From: Candidatus Zixiibacteriota bacterium | GTDB lineage: Bacteria > Zixibacteria > MSB-5A5 > GN15 > FEB-12 | Reading direction: 5' to 3' | NCBI GenBank assembly: GCA_041742355.1 | Contig: JBGSIV010000099.1 | Location: 1 to 22,484, forward strand | DNA: 22,484 nt | Program-made: the position numbers and the translations under genes | Part shown: one piece after another, positions 19,138 through 22,484 of the stretch | How positions within the stretch are numbered: the stretch's first letter is position 1 | Layout of the letters: each line of letters opens with the position of its first letter | The notes under the pieces: generated by a model | The model's input: the letters and a program-made list of their open reading frames with translations, nothing else | What the model was told of the DNA's origin: nothing | Databases searched by the model: none

Positions 19138-19210
19138 GATTCGAACCCACGGTACCCGAAGGTACAACGGTTTTCAAGACCGCCGCTTTCGACCACTCAG
19201 CCACTCCTCC
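19123..19210 (-). tRNA. tRNA-Ser (anticodon UGA)
   Basis: GGAGGAGTGGCTGAGTGGTCGAAAGCGGCGGTC-T-TGA-AAACCGTTGTACCTTCGGGTACCGTGGGTTCGAATCCTACCTCCTCCGCCA: acceptor stem, long variable arm, GTTCGAATC T-loop, encoded CCA. Confidence 0.97.
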
Positions 19211-19334
19211 GGCGTCGAAAACTTCTGCCGGCAGGCCCATGCCCGCCGCACCCAAGTAACGCAATCCCCTGCCCTGCGTCAAGCCCCACTCATACCGCAA
19301 CGGTGGCGGAGGCGCAATTCCAGCCGGGGAGGCG

Positions 19335-19364
19335 AAGAAAACGGGCGGCCATCACAGCCGCCCG
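19335..19364 (-). terminator. intrinsic terminator after the lipoprotein genes
   Basis: Minus strand CGGGCGGC-TGTGATG-GCCGCCCG-TTTTCTT. Confidence 0.75.
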
Positions 19365-19396
19365 CCGAATAAGTCTAATGTCCGGTACGCCGAACA

Positions 19397-19568
19397 AGGC
19401 ATACCAGCGCGCGCAAAGTCAAACCAGCGCTTGCAGGCCAAACCAGCACTTGCAGGGCAAACCAGCGCAGGCAAGGCAGACAAGCTAAGGCAAGCCAAAC
19501 CAGCACACGCAAGGCAGACCAGCGCTTGCAAGACAAACTACTGCAGGCCGGGCGAGCCAGCACATGCT
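19397..19568. repeat. degenerate 19-bp tandem repeat, ~9 units
   Basis: Units such as agtcaaaccagcgcttgca, ggccaaaccagcacttgca, gggcaaaccagcgcaggca, agccaaaccagcacacgca, aggcagaccagcgcttgca. Confidence 0.85.
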
Positions 19569-19580
19569 CGGCGAATCAGG

Positions 19581-20492
19581 CTACTGCTGCCGGCCCAGCA
19601 ACTCCTCGAACCGCTTGGGGACCCCGATCATATCGGTCCCGCAGTCATCGGTAAAGGTCCACCGGGTCGTGTTGTCTTCGAAGGTAAACGCAATCGTTCC
19701 GTCGTCAAACGTCTCCCGCACGAACCAGGAGCCATCGTACGAAAACGTCGTATCCCCCGTGCACTCGGCCTGCAACGCAAACTGGTGCGTGATCGAACCG
19801 GCGGACGGGCAACCGCCGCTGTCGAATACCTGGGCCAGGTTCAGCATCACATTGGAGTAAACGCCTGATCCTTGCATGGCAATTTCGCACGTCACTTGCG
19901 AGGCCGATTTCCGAGGCAGTATCGAGAATGCGAAGTACTGCGTGCCGTCGATCTCGACATCTCCCTGCGCCAGCAGCTCTCCGGCCATCGAGAACCGCTG
20001 TCCGACCACGACCGAGTCATCCTCCTGAGTCATCAGGATCTTGATTCCCGCGGTAATGCCCACCAACAGGGCCGAATCCGGCCACTGGACGGGGCCGGTC
20101 GCATGGCGGAACTGCACCGAGTCCTCGACCGTCAAGTACCCGTCCCCCATCGAACCCGCACCGTAGTAGTACCAGTACTTCGAGCCCGAGTGATACGCGA
20201 CCAGTGTCGAGTCCTGCAGCGCGAGATCGGCGCCGGTCCGGGCGCCGACAGGCAGCTGGTCGGCCGAGTCAAGTACGTCTTCGACGAGGCTGCCGGTCCA
20301 GCTCATCATGAATTCCGTCATACCGCCGAAACCTGCGTCGTCATACATCTCCCGAACCATCTGGAATTCGGCGTCGGTCGTGTCGCCCGCCGCGAGTTGC
20401 GAGTTGGTCGACTCGTCATCGCCGCAGCCCCAGAGGAACCCCAGGCCGCTGATTGTCAGACCGAATACCGCTACCATAAGAATTCGCTTCAT
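19581..20492 (-). CDS. hypothetical lipoprotein (303 aa), paralog of 20650-21561
   Basis: GGGGAG RBS + ATG at 20492; signal MKRILMVAVFGLTISGLGFLWG-C lipobox. The track start at 20621 is probably overextended. Confidence 0.85.
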   Translation of the reverse strand: MKRILMVAVFGLTISGLGFLWGCGDDESTNSQLAAGDTTDAEFQMVREMYDDAGFGGMTEFMMSWTGSLVEDVLDSADQLPVGARTGADLALQDSTLVAYHSGSKYWYYYGAGSMGDGYLTVEDSVQFRHATGPVQWPDSALLVGITAGIKILMTQEDDSVVVGQRFSMAGELLAQGDVEIDGTQYFAFSILPRKSASQVTCEIAMQGSGVYSNVMLNLAQVFDSGGCPSAGSITHQFALQAECTGDTTFSYDGSWFVRETFDDGTIAFTFEDNTTRWTFTDDCGTDMIGVPKRFEELLGRQQ

Positions 20493-20649
20493 AACCAGAC
20501 TCCCCGAAATAGTGTGAGATTTGTGCATGGGTTTATTAGCGTAGTGTGTCATTTCTGGAGTAGACATAACCATAGACATAGTCGGCTTCAGGCCGCCGGT
20601 TCTGCAGTCACTTTCTGCCATCCACGATACTTTTCCCGCGGAGACTGCT

Positions 20650-21561
20650 TCACCGCTCGAGTCTCAGGGCTTCCTGAAGAAGCTCGCTGACGGCCGCCAC
20701 TTCGCAGCTGTCCGTTTCCGTCCACCTGGTCAGGTTGTGCTCGTAGATCGTGGTGACCTCACCCTCTGCAAAAGTCTGGACCAGCCTCCAGTCGCCATCG
20801 ACCGGGAAGAGCGAGTCGGCGACACATATCGCGCGCAGGGTGAGTTGGCAGTCAATCGACCCGCCGCTGGGACATGCGCCGCCCCAGGACAGCTCGTTCA
20901 GATTCGCCGTAACATCCTCCAGCTGCCAGGAAGCACTAACCTCCCCGAAACACTCCAGCGATTGCTTCGTCGCCATCGACTGCAGCGGGTAGTTCAGCAA
21001 CATCGATCCATTGATTTCCACATCTCCCGCACTGACTACATCGCCCATCATCGAGAGCTGCTGGCCGATCAGGAAGGTTTCCTGGTCGGACGACATGATG
21101 AACAACACACCGGTCTTGATTCCCACCACCAGCGCCGAATCCGGCCACTGCACCGGTCCCGAGGCGTGCAGGAACTGGACGGAGTCCACCGCCGTGACTA
21201 TACCTCCCGACACTGGTGCTCCCGCGTAGGTGTACCAGTACTTCGAATCCGGATGGTAGGTGAGCGACATCAGCGATTGCAGCGCCAGATCTCCGCCAGG
21301 TTCGCGAGCGCTCATCTCTCCGGCCGCCGAATCGAAGACCATGTCTATCATCGGCCCGGTCAACATCATGATCGGAAAGCCGGTCGCGCCGATGAACATG
21401 TCCTCTTCGATAATCTGCTGCGCCGTGACGTACTCGGGATCATCCGGCTCGCCGGTTTGCCACGAGGGTCCGGTCGCATTGTCATCGTCGCCGCATCCGA
21501 CCAGCAGCCCGATTCCGCCGAGCACCAGGCCGCAGAGTGATAACACGAGAATCCGCTTCAT
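20650..21561 (-). CDS. hypothetical lipoprotein (303 aa), paralog of 19581-20492
   Basis: GGGGAG RBS + ATG at 21561; MKRILVLSLCGLVLGGIGLLVG-C lipobox. Shares YH..SKYWY, DSVQF.HA.GPVQWPDSAL, GDVEI.G, CPS.GSI and TRWT.TD.C with the neighbour. Confidence 0.85.
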   Translation of the reverse strand: MKRILVLSLCGLVLGGIGLLVGCGDDDNATGPSWQTGEPDDPEYVTAQQIIEEDMFIGATGFPIMMLTGPMIDMVFDSAAGEMSAREPGGDLALQSLMSLTYHPDSKYWYTYAGAPVSGGIVTAVDSVQFLHASGPVQWPDSALVVGIKTGVLFIMSSDQETFLIGQQLSMMGDVVSAGDVEINGSMLLNYPLQSMATKQSLECFGEVSASWQLEDVTANLNELSWGGACPSGGSIDCQLTLRAICVADSLFPVDGDWRLVQTFAEGEVTTIYEHNLTRWTETDSCEVAAVSELLQEALRLER

Positions 21562-21695
21562 GTTGTTCTCCCCAAAATCATGGTGAAGGAATATCCGTTT
21601 CCCTAAGTCTTCTGGATCCTCATTCTGTCCGGGGCGATTCGCTGACCAGACCTGGTGCGCGCCCCGGAATAGCCGGCGCGGTCGAATTCCGTGCC

Positions 21696-22484
21696 TCACC
21701 GCCGCGACCGTTTTGCCTGCGGTCCGCCGTAGAGCCCGATGTGCGAACGGGTCCCGTCGACATTGTAAATGAGCGTATCCCCACCGTGCATTCCTGCCGA
21801 TTCGGGCGCCAAGTGAAAATCCCCGTCCTCCACAAACCCCGGCAGCGTATCGAGATTCCCGTGAATGTCGGTCTGACTCCAGATACCCTCGTAGTTCCCC
21901 GCCACGTTGCCGTTCACGATGTTGAAGCGGAAGTCCCACTTGGCCCAGTCGCCGTTGTTCCACACGCCGACGCACGGGCACACCCACTGCTCCCGCCAGC
22001 CGTTGTTCGCGATGATATTGTTGGCGATTCTTCCCCGGCAGTCGCTCGACCACGGCGCCACGCCGCAGTTGCCGTTGTGGTACACGACGTTGTTCGTGAC
22101 ATCCATATAGGCCTGCCCGGTCGCGATGATCCCCCAGCCGAGGTTCTCGTGCACGAGGTTGTTGCGGGCCACCACCCACGATGTCCCGAACGCCCCGATC
22201 CCCTTCCAGAAGCCGCTGATCTCGTTGCGGTAGGCCGTGCACGAGGCGTCCCATGTCACGCCGATGCCCGCGCCTCGGCCGTCCTTGATCACGCAGTCGG
22301 TCACCGTCACCGCCGCCCCACGGTAGAGCGCCACGCCGTCCCAGCCGTTGTTCAGTATGTTGCAGTTGCGAATTTCGAGTTCCGCGCCCTCGCGGCCGAA
22401 AATCCCGCCGATCCCGACCACGACCGAGTCAAGCCGGTGCGTGTTGTCCCGCACATCGACATCGCTGATCCGCGCCCGCGAGTT
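21696..22484 (-). CDS. right-handed parallel beta-helix repeat protein (5'-partial)
   Basis: Frame open to the right edge. Repeating I.NN.I..N...G[IV] units, and C-terminal PGFV....DFHLAPES.....GD......DGTRSHIGLYGGP typical of these proteins. Confidence 0.85.
   Translation of the reverse strand, partial: NSRARISDVDVRDNTHRLDSVVVGIGGIFGREGAELEIRNCNILNNGWDGVALYRGAAVTVTDCVIKDGRGAGIGVTWDASCTAYRNEISGFWKGIGAFGTSWVVARNNLVHENLGWGIIATGQAYMDVTNNVVYHNGNCGVAPWSSDCRGRIANNIIANNGWREQWVCPCVGVWNNGDWAKWDFRFNIVNGNVAGNYEGIWSQTDIHGNLDTLPGFVEDGDFHLAPESAGMHGGDTLIYNVDGTRSHIGLYGGPQAKRSRR

Noticed and set aside
19303..19312. TGGCGGAGG copy resembling the tRNA 3' end (att duplicate)
   Set aside because: Only 9 bp and on the host side of the tRNA, the wrong side for the island's distal att.
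21562..22254. N-terminal 230 aa of track ORF 20650-22254
   Set aside because: Off-frame overlap with the beta-helix gene; the RBS and signal peptide place the real start at 21561.

Overview
The left ~19.1 kb looks like the right-hand part of a genomic island integrated at the 3' end of a tRNA-Ser(UGA) gene (19123-19210, minus). An intact large serine recombinase reads into the tRNA 3' end. Island cargo, left to right: a long Hsp70/actin-fold ATPase gene running off the left edge (missing from the supplied ORF track); a TonB C-terminal-domain membrane protein; a small PC4-like putative ssDNA-binding protein with a neighbouring pseudogene; IS1- and IS3-family remnants (the IS3 remnant is a fold-back with two right ends); a 2064-aa secreted lectin/CARDB/Ig protein with a C-terminal dockerin; a decayed tyrosine integrase; a type I-E-like CRISPR array (9 identical repeats, 8 spacers) with no cas gene in the window and no obvious leader; a CGNR-type zinc-finger gene split by one in-frame TGA; and a small ORF upstream of the recombinase. 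Right of the tRNA is visibly more GC-rich host DNA: a terminator, a 19-bp tandem repeat, two paralogous 303-aa lipoproteins and a partial beta-helix protein. The dockerin style suggests a Zixibacteria-like host (inference). The best candidate for something new is the pristine, apparently orphan CRISPR array beside the integration module.
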